The notes under the pieces were generated by a model, which saw only the letters and a program-made list of their open reading frames with translations, made no database searches and had not been told where the DNA came from. A DNA stretch of 64,000 nt from Gemmatimonadaceae bacterium (GTDB lineage Bacteria > Gemmatimonadota > Gemmatimonadetes > Gemmatimonadales > Gemmatimonadaceae), in the NCBI GenBank assembly GCA_040902005.1, contig JBBDYA010000099.1, positions 1 through 64,000 of the forward strand. The letters are read 5' to 3'. Of this stretch, positions 1 to 7,756 are shown in pieces; the first letter of the stretch is position 1; every line of letters begins with the position of its first letter. A program made the position numbers and the translations under genes.

Positions 1-1
1 C

Positions 2-187
2 AGCCGCGATCAGATCGGCGGAATTCTCCAGGCGGTCGCGCGTGCGCTGCCGCTCCAGCGCGCGATCCTGCTCGAGCAGCCGCCAGCCCAGCCACGACAG
101 TGCCGCAACCAGCAACAGGGTGATCGCGAGAAAGCGGCTGAGCAGCGGATGCGGCGTGATGATCCGGCGGCGAGTGGGGGGGGGCAC
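2..187 (-). CDS. N-terminus of a probable membrane sensor histidine kinase (partial; runs off the window edge; not in the ORF track)
   Basis: Manual translation from GTG at 187 gives MPPPTRRRIITPHPLLSRFLAITLLLVAALSWLGWRLLEQDRALERQRTRDRLENSADLIAA: a TM helix followed by a coiled coil, as in sensor-kinase N-termini. No catalytic domain is visible. Confidence 0.55.
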   Translation of the reverse strand, partial: MPPPTRRRIITPHPLLSRFLAITLLLVAALSWLGWRLLEQDRALERQRTRDRLENSADLIAA

Positions 188-397
188 CAGGAGCTCGAAG
201 GAGGAGGTGTGCAACTCAATAGTTCACCTTCTCCCTCGGTCGCGCCAGACGTGGCACGAGGAGCACCTTCGCGGCGCCGCACTCCCCAACTTCCTAGATT
301 CCTGCAACATCGAACGGCCGCAACGGTCGCTCGGTCGCGTTCCACCGCTCTTTCACTTCCTCATGCGGTGTGAACAACCTCTCTAGATCCCACGTAG

Positions 398-1594
398 GTG
401 CCTTCATTCCATCGGACCGGCGGCCCCGTGCCCTTTCACGATCCCCCGCGCCTGCCGCGGGGTTTTCGCTGCGCCAGCAGACACATCGGACTCAAGCCGG
501 CGGCGAAGGATCTCGCGCTCTTCGTGAGCGAGGTGGACGCGGCGGCCGCCGCGCTGTTCACGCGCAATCAGTTTCCGGGCGCGCCGGTGATCCTCGGGCG
601 GGAAACCATCCGGGCGGGACGGCTGCGCGCCATCGCCGTGAACAGCAAGGTGAGCAACGTGGCCACCGGTGACGCCGGCGTGGCGAACGCCCGCCGGATG
701 GCGGCCGCCGCCGCGCGCGAGGCGGGAACCACGGCGGACCGGGTGCTCGTGAGCTCCACCGGGGTCATCGGCGTCCCGCTGCCCATCGAGGTGATCGAGT
801 TGGGCATCCAGGGGATGTCGGACGACCTCCAGGACGACCCGCGCGTGGGCGCGGAGGGGATGATGACCACGGACACCTTTCCCAAGGCGCTCTCGATGGG
901 TGTCGGCCAGGCCACCATCACCTGGATCGCGAAGGGGTCCGGGATGATCGCGCCGAACATGGCGACGATGCTCGTGTACATCTTCACGGACGCGGCGGTG
1001 GACGCGCCGGCGCTGGACGGAATGCTGCGCAGCGCCGCGCACGTGTCGTTCAACATGCTGTCGGTGGACACCGACATGAGCACGTCCGACACGTGCGCGA
1101 TCCTGGCGAACGGGCTCGCGGGACCCGTGGACGCGCCGGCGTTCTCGGCGGCACTTACGCGCGGCTGTATCCGTATGACCGAGATGCTGGCGCGCGACGG
1201 GGAGGGCGCGACGCGCCTGCTGCGCGCGACGGTGCGGGGCGCCGCGACGGAAGGCGACGCGCGCCTGGTGGCCCGGTCGCTGGTGAATTCGCCACTCATC
1301 AAGACCATGGTGCACGGCGCCGATCCCAACGTCGGGCGGATCCTCATGGCGGTGGGCAAGTGCACCGACGTCACGCTCGCGCCGGCGCGGACGTCGGCGT
1401 TCGTGAACGGGCTCGAGGTGGTCCGCCACGGGGCACGCGTCGACTTCGACGAAGGCGTGGCGCGCTCGACGCTCTCGGCGAGCGCCGTTGACCTCGTCGT
1501 GGAACTCGGCGTCGGGCTCGCCTCGGCCACCGCATACGGATGCGACCTGTCGCACGGCTACGTGGACGAGAACGCCGCGTACTACTCGAGCTGA
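398..1594 (+). CDS. argJ: Ornithine acetyltransferase / N-acetylglutamate synthase (ArgJ family)
   Basis: Motifs SSTGVIG, MMTTDTFPK, KGSGMIAPNMATML (autocleavage Thr), STSDT, DGEGAT, GADPNVGR, GCDLSHGYV. Confidence 0.93.
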   Translation: MPSFHRTGGPVPFHDPPRLPRGFRCASRHIGLKPAAKDLALFVSEVDAAAAALFTRNQFPGAPVILGRETIRAGRLRAIAVNSKVSNVATGDAGVANARRMAAAAAREAGTTADRVLVSSTGVIGVPLPIEVIELGIQGMSDDLQDDPRVGAEGMMTTDTFPKALSMGVGQATITWIAKGSGMIAPNMATMLVYIFTDAAVDAPALDGMLRSAAHVSFNMLSVDTDMSTSDTCAILANGLAGPVDAPAFSAALTRGCIRMTEMLARDGEGATRLLRATVRGAATEGDARLVARSLVNSPLIKTMVHGADPNVGRILMAVGKCTDVTLAPARTSAFVNGLEVVRHGARVDFDEGVARSTLSASAVDLVVELGVGLASATAYGCDLSHGYVDENAAYYSS

Positions 1595-1623
1595 TTCTTC
1601 TGAGCTTCCTTAGCTTTCGACAC

Positions 1624-3087
1624 ATGCACGAACAGGACAACGGGAACGTCCTTGCCACGATCGCTCCCAGCGCGGTCACGCGCGTCCACCTGGTGGGTGT
1701 CGGCGGCACGGGAATGGGGGCGTTCGCCGGCATGCTCAAGGCCGCCGGGTACGCGGTCACGGGCAGCGACGAGAACGTCTACCCGCCGATGAGCGACATG
1801 CTGCGCGACTGGGGGATCGAGGTGTTCACCCCGTACGCGCCGGCCAATCTCGACCGTGCCGCACCTGACCTGGTGATCATCGGCAACGTGATCCGCCGCG
1901 TGAATCCGGAGGCGACCGCGGTGCGCGAGCGCGGCCTTCCCCAGATGAGCTTTCCGGCGGCGTTCGGCTCACTGATCCTGGCCGACCGGCATAGCGTGGT
2001 GATCACCGGTACGCACGGAAAGACCACCACCGCCGCGCTGATGGCGCACGTGCTCGTGGAAGCCGGGCTGGACCCGAGTTTTCTCGTGGGCGGCGTCACG
2101 GCGAACTACGGGGGCAACTTCCGGCTGGGCAAGGGCCCGCACGTCGTGGTGGAGGGAGACGAGTACGACACTGCCTATTTCGACAAGGGACCGAAGTTCC
2201 TGCACTATCGCGCGAAGACCGCGCTGCTCACGAGCCTGGAGTTCGACCACGCGGACATCTTCCGCGACCTGGCGCACTACGAATCTGCGTTCGCGGACTT
2301 CTGCCGGACCTTGCCCGTGGACGGCGTGCTCGGCGTCAGCGCCTCGTATCGGAACGCCGTGGAGGTCTCGCGCGCGCATTGCCGCGCCAGGGTCGTCACC
2401 TACGCGGTGAACGGGAAGGCGGATTATCGGGCCGACGATGAGACGTTCTTCGCTGACGGCGCGCGGTTCACCATGCACACGCCGGACGGGAAGAAACAGG
2501 CGCTCTTTCTCCCGATGTCCGGCTATCACAACATCGAGAACGCGGCGGGCGTGTATGCGGCGGCGCGTTCGCTGGGATTGTCGCCCGACCAGATCGCGCT
2601 GGGATTCGCGACATTCACGGGGGTGAAGCGTCGGCAGGAGGTGCGCGGCGAGATCGGCGGCGTCATGGTCGTGGACGATTTCGCGCACCATCCCACGGCC
2701 GTGCGTGAAACCATCGAGGGCATCCGGCAGCGCTATCCGGAGCGTCGGCTGTGGGCGGTATTCGAGCCGAGGTCCAACACGAGCCGCCGGAACATCCATC
2801 AGGACGAGTACGTCATGGCGCTCACCGGGGCGGATCTCGCCACGATCCGCGAACCGGAGCCGCACGACAAGGTGCCGGCGAACGAGCAGCTGAACGTGCC
2901 CGCCATTGTCGCGGAGCTCAACGCGAAGGGCGTGATCGCCAGCGCCTCACCCAGCGTCGAGACGCTGCTCGCACAGGTGTCCGCGGACGCGCGATCGAAC
3001 GACCTGATCCTCGTGATGAGCAACGGCTCGTTCGGGGGCTTCATTCCGTCCCTGATCTCGGCGCTGCAGAGTCGCGCAGCGGGGTAG
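1624..3087 (+). CDS. mpl: UDP-MurNAc:tripeptide ligase (Mpl; MurC-like Mur ligase)
   Basis: GVGGTGMG, GSDENVYPPMS, GTHGKTTT, EGDEYDTAYFDKGPKF, LEFDHADIF, DDFAHHPTA, FEPRSNT, MSNGSFGG. Start moved to ATG 1624, after the argJ stop. Confidence 0.88.
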   Translation: MHEQDNGNVLATIAPSAVTRVHLVGVGGTGMGAFAGMLKAAGYAVTGSDENVYPPMSDMLRDWGIEVFTPYAPANLDRAAPDLVIIGNVIRRVNPEATAVRERGLPQMSFPAAFGSLILADRHSVVITGTHGKTTTAALMAHVLVEAGLDPSFLVGGVTANYGGNFRLGKGPHVVVEGDEYDTAYFDKGPKFLHYRAKTALLTSLEFDHADIFRDLAHYESAFADFCRTLPVDGVLGVSASYRNAVEVSRAHCRARVVTYAVNGKADYRADDETFFADGARFTMHTPDGKKQALFLPMSGYHNIENAAGVYAAARSLGLSPDQIALGFATFTGVKRRQEVRGEIGGVMVVDDFAHHPTAVRETIEGIRQRYPERRLWAVFEPRSNTSRRNIHQDEYVMALTGADLATIREPEPHDKVPANEQLNVPAIVAELNAKGVIASASPSVETLLAQVSADARSNDLILVMSNGSFGGFIPSLISALQSRAAG

Positions 3088-3152
3088 ACGGCCGCGAGGG
3101 CGGGGCGAGAAAGTTGCACTGAGCGTACCCGACACTCTCACGCTGAGGACGC

Positions 3153-3989
3153 ATGCGCTGGAACCCAGGGGGCCGGAGCTCGAATGTCGAGGACCGACGT
3201 GGGCGTGGACTTGGCGGACCCGTGGGCATTGGGGGCGGTATCATCACCCTGATCCTGGCGCTGATTTTCGGCCCCGGCATCCTCAGCGACTCCGACGGCG
3301 GGACGACCGCCGATTCCCACGGTGAGGTGGGCCTCACTCCGGCTGACTCCGCTGCGGAAGAGCCCGTGGTGCAGTTCGTGTCGTTCCTGCTGGACGACAT
3401 CCAGCTTACCTGGGAGGGCGCATTCCGACGCGCCGGCGGCAGCTACCGTCCGGCCACGTTGGTCCTCTTTCGCGACGGCACGCGCAGCGCCTGCGGCGTG
3501 GGCCAGTCCGCGATGGGCCCGTTCTACTGCCCGCTCGACGAGAAGGTCTACCTCGATCTCGGATTCTTCGATGAGCTGGACCGCCGCTTCGGCGCACCCG
3601 GCGACTTCGCGCAGGCCTACGTCGTGGCCCACGAGCTGGGACATCATGTGCAGCACCTGCTGGGTCTCACCGCCCGCGTGCGCGAGTACCAGCGCGGCGA
3701 CCCCGCGATCGCGAACCAGCTCTCGGTGCGCATGGAGCTCCAGGCCGACTGTTATGCCGGCGTGTGGGCGCATGCTGCCGCGGAGCGCGGGCACCTCGAG
3801 ACGGGGGACATCCAGGAAGGGCTTGGCGCCGCCAGCGCCGTGGGCGACGACCGCATTCAGCGCCGCGCCGGCGGCTCGGTCGACGTGGATTCCTTCACGC
3901 ACGGCTCGGCGCGGGAGCGCACGGAATGGTTCATGCGCGGCTACGAGAGCGGCAACTCCACGGCGTGCGACACGTTCGCCGCCCGGTAG
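3153..3989 (+). CDS. Neutral zinc metallopeptidase (YpfJ / Zn_peptidase family)
   Basis: SSNVEDRRG N-terminus, GPFYCPLD, GDFAQAYVVAHELGHHVQ (HExxH), ELQADCYAG, FTHGS. Confidence 0.92.
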   Translation: MRWNPGGRSSNVEDRRGRGLGGPVGIGGGIITLILALIFGPGILSDSDGGTTADSHGEVGLTPADSAAEEPVVQFVSFLLDDIQLTWEGAFRRAGGSYRPATLVLFRDGTRSACGVGQSAMGPFYCPLDEKVYLDLGFFDELDRRFGAPGDFAQAYVVAHELGHHVQHLLGLTARVREYQRGDPAIANQLSVRMELQADCYAGVWAHAAAERGHLETGDIQEGLGAASAVGDDRIQRRAGGSVDVDSFTHGSARERTEWFMRGYESGNSTACDTFAAR

Positions 3990-4020
3990 TGAGCCGCCAC
4001 GACACCCAGGGAGATCCCGA

Positions 4021-4461
4021 ATGACAAAACACAATGGCAGCCGGGCGAAACTCATCGACGGGCTGAACACCGACCTGGCGCACGAGTACGCCGCGGTGAT
4101 CACGTACCGCACCTACGCCAGCGCCGTGACCGGTCCCTTCCGGCAGGAGCTGCGCGAGTTCTTCGCGAACGAAATCCCGGACGAGCTGGGGCACGCGGAA
4201 ATGCTCGCCGACAAGATCGTGGCCATGGGCGGAACGCCGGCGGTGACGGTCGCCGCGGTCAAGACGACCGACGATCCGCGCGAGATGCTCCAGAACGCGC
4301 TCGCGGATGAAGAGGCGACGATCGAGCGGTACGTGGAACGCCGGCGGCAGGCGGACGAACAGGATGAGCCGGGACTCGCGGTCCGGCTCGATGACATCAT
4401 CGTGGACGAAAGCAAGCACCGGGACGAGCTGCGCCTGATGCTGAGGCGCTGGCCGGAGTGA
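4021..4461 (+). CDS. Ferritin-like (bacterioferritin-type) di-iron protein
   Basis: LAHEYAAVITY, DELGHAEML and DESKH (ExxH pairs), with the spacing of a four-helix bundle. ATG 4021 follows GGGAG. Confidence 0.82.
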   Translation: MTKHNGSRAKLIDGLNTDLAHEYAAVITYRTYASAVTGPFRQELREFFANEIPDELGHAEMLADKIVAMGGTPAVTVAAVKTTDDPREMLQNALADEEATIERYVERRRQADEQDEPGLAVRLDDIIVDESKHRDELRLMLRRWPE

Positions 4462-4471
4462 CGGGGAGTGC

Positions 4472-4498
4472 GGCGGCATTTCCACGCGGAATGCCGCC
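4472..4498. terminator. Hairpin between convergent genes
   Basis: GGCGGCATTTCC-ACGC-GGAATGCCGCC (one bulge) between stops at 4461 and 4513. No U-tract. Confidence 0.5.
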
Positions 4499-4512
4499 CA
4501 CCCGTACGGCGA

Positions 4513-5277
4513 TCAGGCCCAGATCAGCGGCACGATCGCGATCAGCGACGGAATCGCCCATGCGATAGCGGCGGCCGCGTAGCCCCTCGACCGCGGCACC
4601 TTCGCGATCACCGACACGCCAACCGCCAGCAGGAACGTCACCCAGAGCGTGAACACGTCGAATCGGGCGATCAGCCCGAGCACCTGGGACGGCATGGAGT
4701 CTGGATCCAGGAAGCGCGCCGGGCTGTAAGTCACGTCGTACATGCTGTCGATCGTGGCGGTGTCCACCATCAGCCCCTGCACGGTCGTGAGCAGCGAGCC
4801 AAGCAGTCGCGGGATCTGCGCGAGGGTGCCGATGAGCATCGCGCGATTGAAGCTGATCGACGCGGACACCACCTTGGCCCCCAGCCAGATCAGGATGGCG
4901 GCGAAGAGGATGAGCAGCGGCGTGGCAAGGTAGATCCCGACGCTCGAGACGCCTTCCATGATGCCGCGCTGACTCGCCAGCATCTCCGGGGTGACCTGCG
5001 GGTTCTCCGCCATGAGTTTCGCGATGTTGCGTGTGTACTCGGCGTCGAAGACGGCGGCGGTGAGGCTGCGGCTCGCAAACTGGAAGATCGCGGCGATGCC
5101 GGAGATGATGAAGAAGTGCGCCCAGTAGCCACTGCGCTCGCGCCGGGCAAAGACGTTCGAGGGCGCGTAGAAGATGTCGATGAAATCCTCGAACAGGCTC
5201 GCCGTCTCGGTCGGCGGCGGCGGGGCGTTCACGGAAGGATCATATCCGGCGCGTTCAGCGTCCTGACGATTGGTCAT
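4513..5277 (-). CDS. YIP1-family integral membrane protein
   Basis: FIDIFYAPSNVF start motif, about 5 TM helices, RFDVFTLW near the C-terminus. Confidence 0.78.
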   Translation of the reverse strand: MTNRQDAERAGYDPSVNAPPPPTETASLFEDFIDIFYAPSNVFARRERSGYWAHFFIISGIAAIFQFASRSLTAAVFDAEYTRNIAKLMAENPQVTPEMLASQRGIMEGVSSVGIYLATPLLILFAAILIWLGAKVVSASISFNRAMLIGTLAQIPRLLGSLLTTVQGLMVDTATIDSMYDVTYSPARFLDPDSMPSQVLGLIARFDVFTLWVTFLLAVGVSVIAKVPRSRGYAAAAIAWAIPSLIAIVPLIWA

Positions 5278-5349
5278 GCGGCCTCCGACAGGGGGGATGG
5301 GAGATGACGTCCGCAATGATACCGAACGCTTGTCCACGCGCCAGTACGC

Positions 5350-6093
5350 TCAGCCATTTGCCAGTCGTACGAACTCGCGGATCCGGCGCTCGTCGGTCTC
5401 CTCCCAAACGGCTTCGTCCTCGGGAGGGTCCTTGCGCAGCCGAATGGCGCCGCGGTCCGGCGCCATTGGGGCCCTGGCCGGCCGAGTGCCGCGCACGTGC
5501 ACCTCCCCCACGCCGCTTCGGTGCACGAGTTCCTGCACGGTGTCCTCGCGAACGCCACCCCCGGCCATGACGGTGATCTGCCCCGCGCCGCGCCGCGCCA
5601 GGGCGCCGATCGCCTCCGCGCCGTCGAGCGCGCGCGCGGCGCCGCCGGAGGTGAGCACGCGCGATATGCGGCCGCGGATCAGGGTCTCGAGCGCTTCGTC
5701 TTGGTCCCGCGCGAGGTCGAACGCGCGATGGAACGTCACGGGCAGTTCCCGCGCGGTGTCGACGAGTACGTGGAGACGCTCCTCGTCCACGCGGGCGTCG
5801 GCGGTGAGCGCGCCGACCACCACACCGTCGGCGCCGAGCATGCGCGCCGCCTCGATGTCCAGCCGCATGACCGCGATTTCCTCGTCCGAGTAGACGAAGC
5901 CGCCGCCGCGCGGGCGCACGATGGCAAACACCGGGATGCGCAGCGCGGACTTCACGGCGGAGATCATGCCCGCGCTCGGCGTCGTGCCGCCGTCGAACAG
6001 GTTGTCGCACAGCTCCACGCGACCCGCGCCGCCACGCTCGGCGGCCACCGCGGAAAGCACCGAGTCCACACAGGCTTCGACGAGAACGGCCAT
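5350..6093 (-). CDS. cutC: Copper homeostasis protein CutC
   Basis: VEACVDS, RVELCDNL..GGTTPSAG, VRPRGGGFVYS, TFHRAFD, RVLTSGG, MAGGGV. Confidence 0.93.
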   Translation of the reverse strand: MAVLVEACVDSVLSAVAAERGGAGRVELCDNLFDGGTTPSAGMISAVKSALRIPVFAIVRPRGGGFVYSDEEIAVMRLDIEAARMLGADGVVVGALTADARVDEERLHVLVDTARELPVTFHRAFDLARDQDEALETLIRGRISRVLTSGGAARALDGAEAIGALARRGAGQITVMAGGGVREDTVQELVHRSGVGEVHVRGTRPARAPMAPDRGAIRLRKDPPEDEAVWEETDERRIREFVRLANG

Positions 6094-6121
6094 GGGCTGA
6101 CAACCTATCTATCTTTCGCGC
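6094..6121. promoter_or_regulatory. Compact divergent promoter with back-to-back -10 elements
   Basis: 28-bp gap. TATCTT (6110-6115) lies 6 nt before ATG 6122 on +. TAGGTT (6107-6102) lies 8 nt before ATG 6093 on -. Confidence 0.55.
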
Positions 6122-6550
6122 ATGTCAAAGGACAACGCTGCCTACCTGCAGAAGTTGCGGGCCGAGGGAACACGCAACCTGGGCGACACGCTCGGCATCG
6201 AGCTCACCGAGCTGACGAAGGAGCGGGTCGTGGCGACGATGCCGGTGGACGAGCGCACGCGCCAGCCGTTCGGCATTCTCCACGGCGGCGCGAGCGTGGC
6301 GCTGGCGGAAACGGTCGCGTCGCTCGCCGGCGCGATGAACGCGGATCTCGAGCACTTCATCGTGGTCGGGGTCGAGATCAACGCCAACCACATCCGCGCC
6401 AAGACGGACGGCGTCGTGACGGGCACCGCGACCCCGATCCACGTGGGACGCAGCACGCAGGTGTGGGGGGTGGAAATCGTTGACGAGGAACAGCGCACGA
6501 TTTGCGTGTCCCGGTGCACGCTGGCCGTCGTCCCCAGGAGTCGCGGCTAG
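6122..6550 (+). CDS. Hotdog-fold PaaI/MenI-type thioesterase
   Basis: TRQPFGILHGGASVALAET, VGVEINANHIR, HVGRSTQVW. Confidence 0.93.
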   Translation: MSKDNAAYLQKLRAEGTRNLGDTLGIELTELTKERVVATMPVDERTRQPFGILHGGASVALAETVASLAGAMNADLEHFIVVGVEINANHIRAKTDGVVTGTATPIHVGRSTQVWGVEIVDEEQRTICVSRCTLAVVPRSRG

Positions 6551-6586
6551 GGAAGCACTGGCTCGGCGCCCAGCCCGCGGGCGAGT

Positions 6587-6907
6587 TCAGTTCATGCAGC
6601 GGTAGCGCACGGAGATCGGCGCCTTCGCTTCACCGGCCTTGGCACCGGCGACCGGAAAGGCGAACACCGACGTGACGCTGTCCGCCAGCAGAAAGCTGGT
6701 GTCCCTGCCGGGGCGGACGTAGCCCAGGAGCGCGGCATCGCCGCCCTGGAACCGCACATACACGTCGGTGGTACGATCATCGGTGCTGGACACCATCGCC
6801 ATTTTCTGCCCCTCACAGCTCGCCGCGGCGCTCTCGAGCGCCACGCCGCGGTCACAGGACGCGACGACCAGTACCAGCACGACGGCAATTGACGGCTTCA
6901 TCCACAC
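6587..6907 (-). CDS. Hypothetical small lipoprotein
   Basis: Signal peptide with lipobox-like VVASC, followed by a beta-rich body with two further Cys. Confidence 0.55.
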   Translation of the reverse strand: MWMKPSIAVVLVLVVASCDRGVALESAAASCEGQKMAMVSSTDDRTTDVYVRFQGGDAALLGYVRPGRDTSFLLADSVTSVFAFPVAGAKAGEAKAPISVRYRCMN

Positions 6908-7075
6908 TCCTGGGGGAATCTTTCTGGCGCCCGGAAAGCGATCCCGACCGGACAGTCGCCAGTCATGTAAGTCGGATAGGCTAAGGCGGATAGGCGAGTT
7001 TCGTCAACTCGGTTCGGCGCCCGACTTCGCTCGCGGAACGAGCCTCCCTATGTTTAGGGATTCTCCGGAGCCCTC

Positions 7076-7756
7076 ATGATCGTGCCGCACTCACTCCGTG
7101 CCCCGTTGCTGTGCTGTGTCGCCGGGCTGGCCGGATGCGCCAGTGGAGCGACTCACTCGTCGACCGCCCCCCCCCCCGTACCGGAACCGGTGCCGGTGGT
7201 GGTTCGCACCAACGCCGACGCCATCGCGCAGGCCAGGGCCGATAGCGTGCGCCGCCCGTACACGGCCGCGGACGTGCGCTTCATGACGAACATGATCGGG
7301 CATCATGCGCAGGCGATCGAGATGTCCCGCCTGGCACCGACCCGTGAGGCCGACGCCGCCGTGCTGCGGCTCGCCGCGCGTATCATCAACGCCCAGCAGG
7401 ACGAGATCGTCCTGATGCAGCAGTGGCTCGTGGACCGCGAGAAGCCGCTGCCCGACCCGCATGCGCACCACGGCGGGCACGCCCACCTGATGCCGGGGAT
7501 GCTCACGCCGGAGCAGACGCGGCAGCTCGAGGCCGCCCGGGGTGCCGAATTCGACCGTCTCTTCCTTACCTTCATGATCCAGCACCACAACGGCGCCGTC
7601 GTCATGGTGAAGGAACTGTTCGACACCTATGGCGCCGGACTGGACGACGTAGTCTTCAAGTTCGCATCCGACGTGAACGTGGATCAGACCACCGAAGTCC
7701 GACGCATGGAGCAAATGCTCGCTTCTTTTTCGACCACTCAACCGACCCAGCCATGA
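7076..7756 (+). CDS. DUF305 (CopM-like ferritin-fold) lipoprotein
   Basis: Lipobox LAGC; DVRFMTNMIGHHAQAIEM, QQDEI..M, HAHHGGHAHLMPGM, FDRLFLTFMIQHHNGAVVM, DQTTEVRRM. Confidence 0.9.
   Translation: MIVPHSLRAPLLCCVAGLAGCASGATHSSTAPPPVPEPVPVVVRTNADAIAQARADSVRRPYTAADVRFMTNMIGHHAQAIEMSRLAPTREADAAVLRLAARIINAQQDEIVLMQQWLVDREKPLPDPHAHHGGHAHLMPGMLTPEQTRQLEAARGAEFDRLFLTFMIQHHNGAVVMVKELFDTYGAGLDDVVFKFASDVNVDQTTEVRRMEQMLASFSTTQPTQP

Noticed and set aside
190..397. Possible glycine-riboswitch-like text (GGGGAG..GCCGCGAAGGTGC) in the argJ/kinase intergenic region
   Set aside because: It lacks the CTCTCAGG element and tandem aptamer layout; pairing is weak for DNA this GC-rich.
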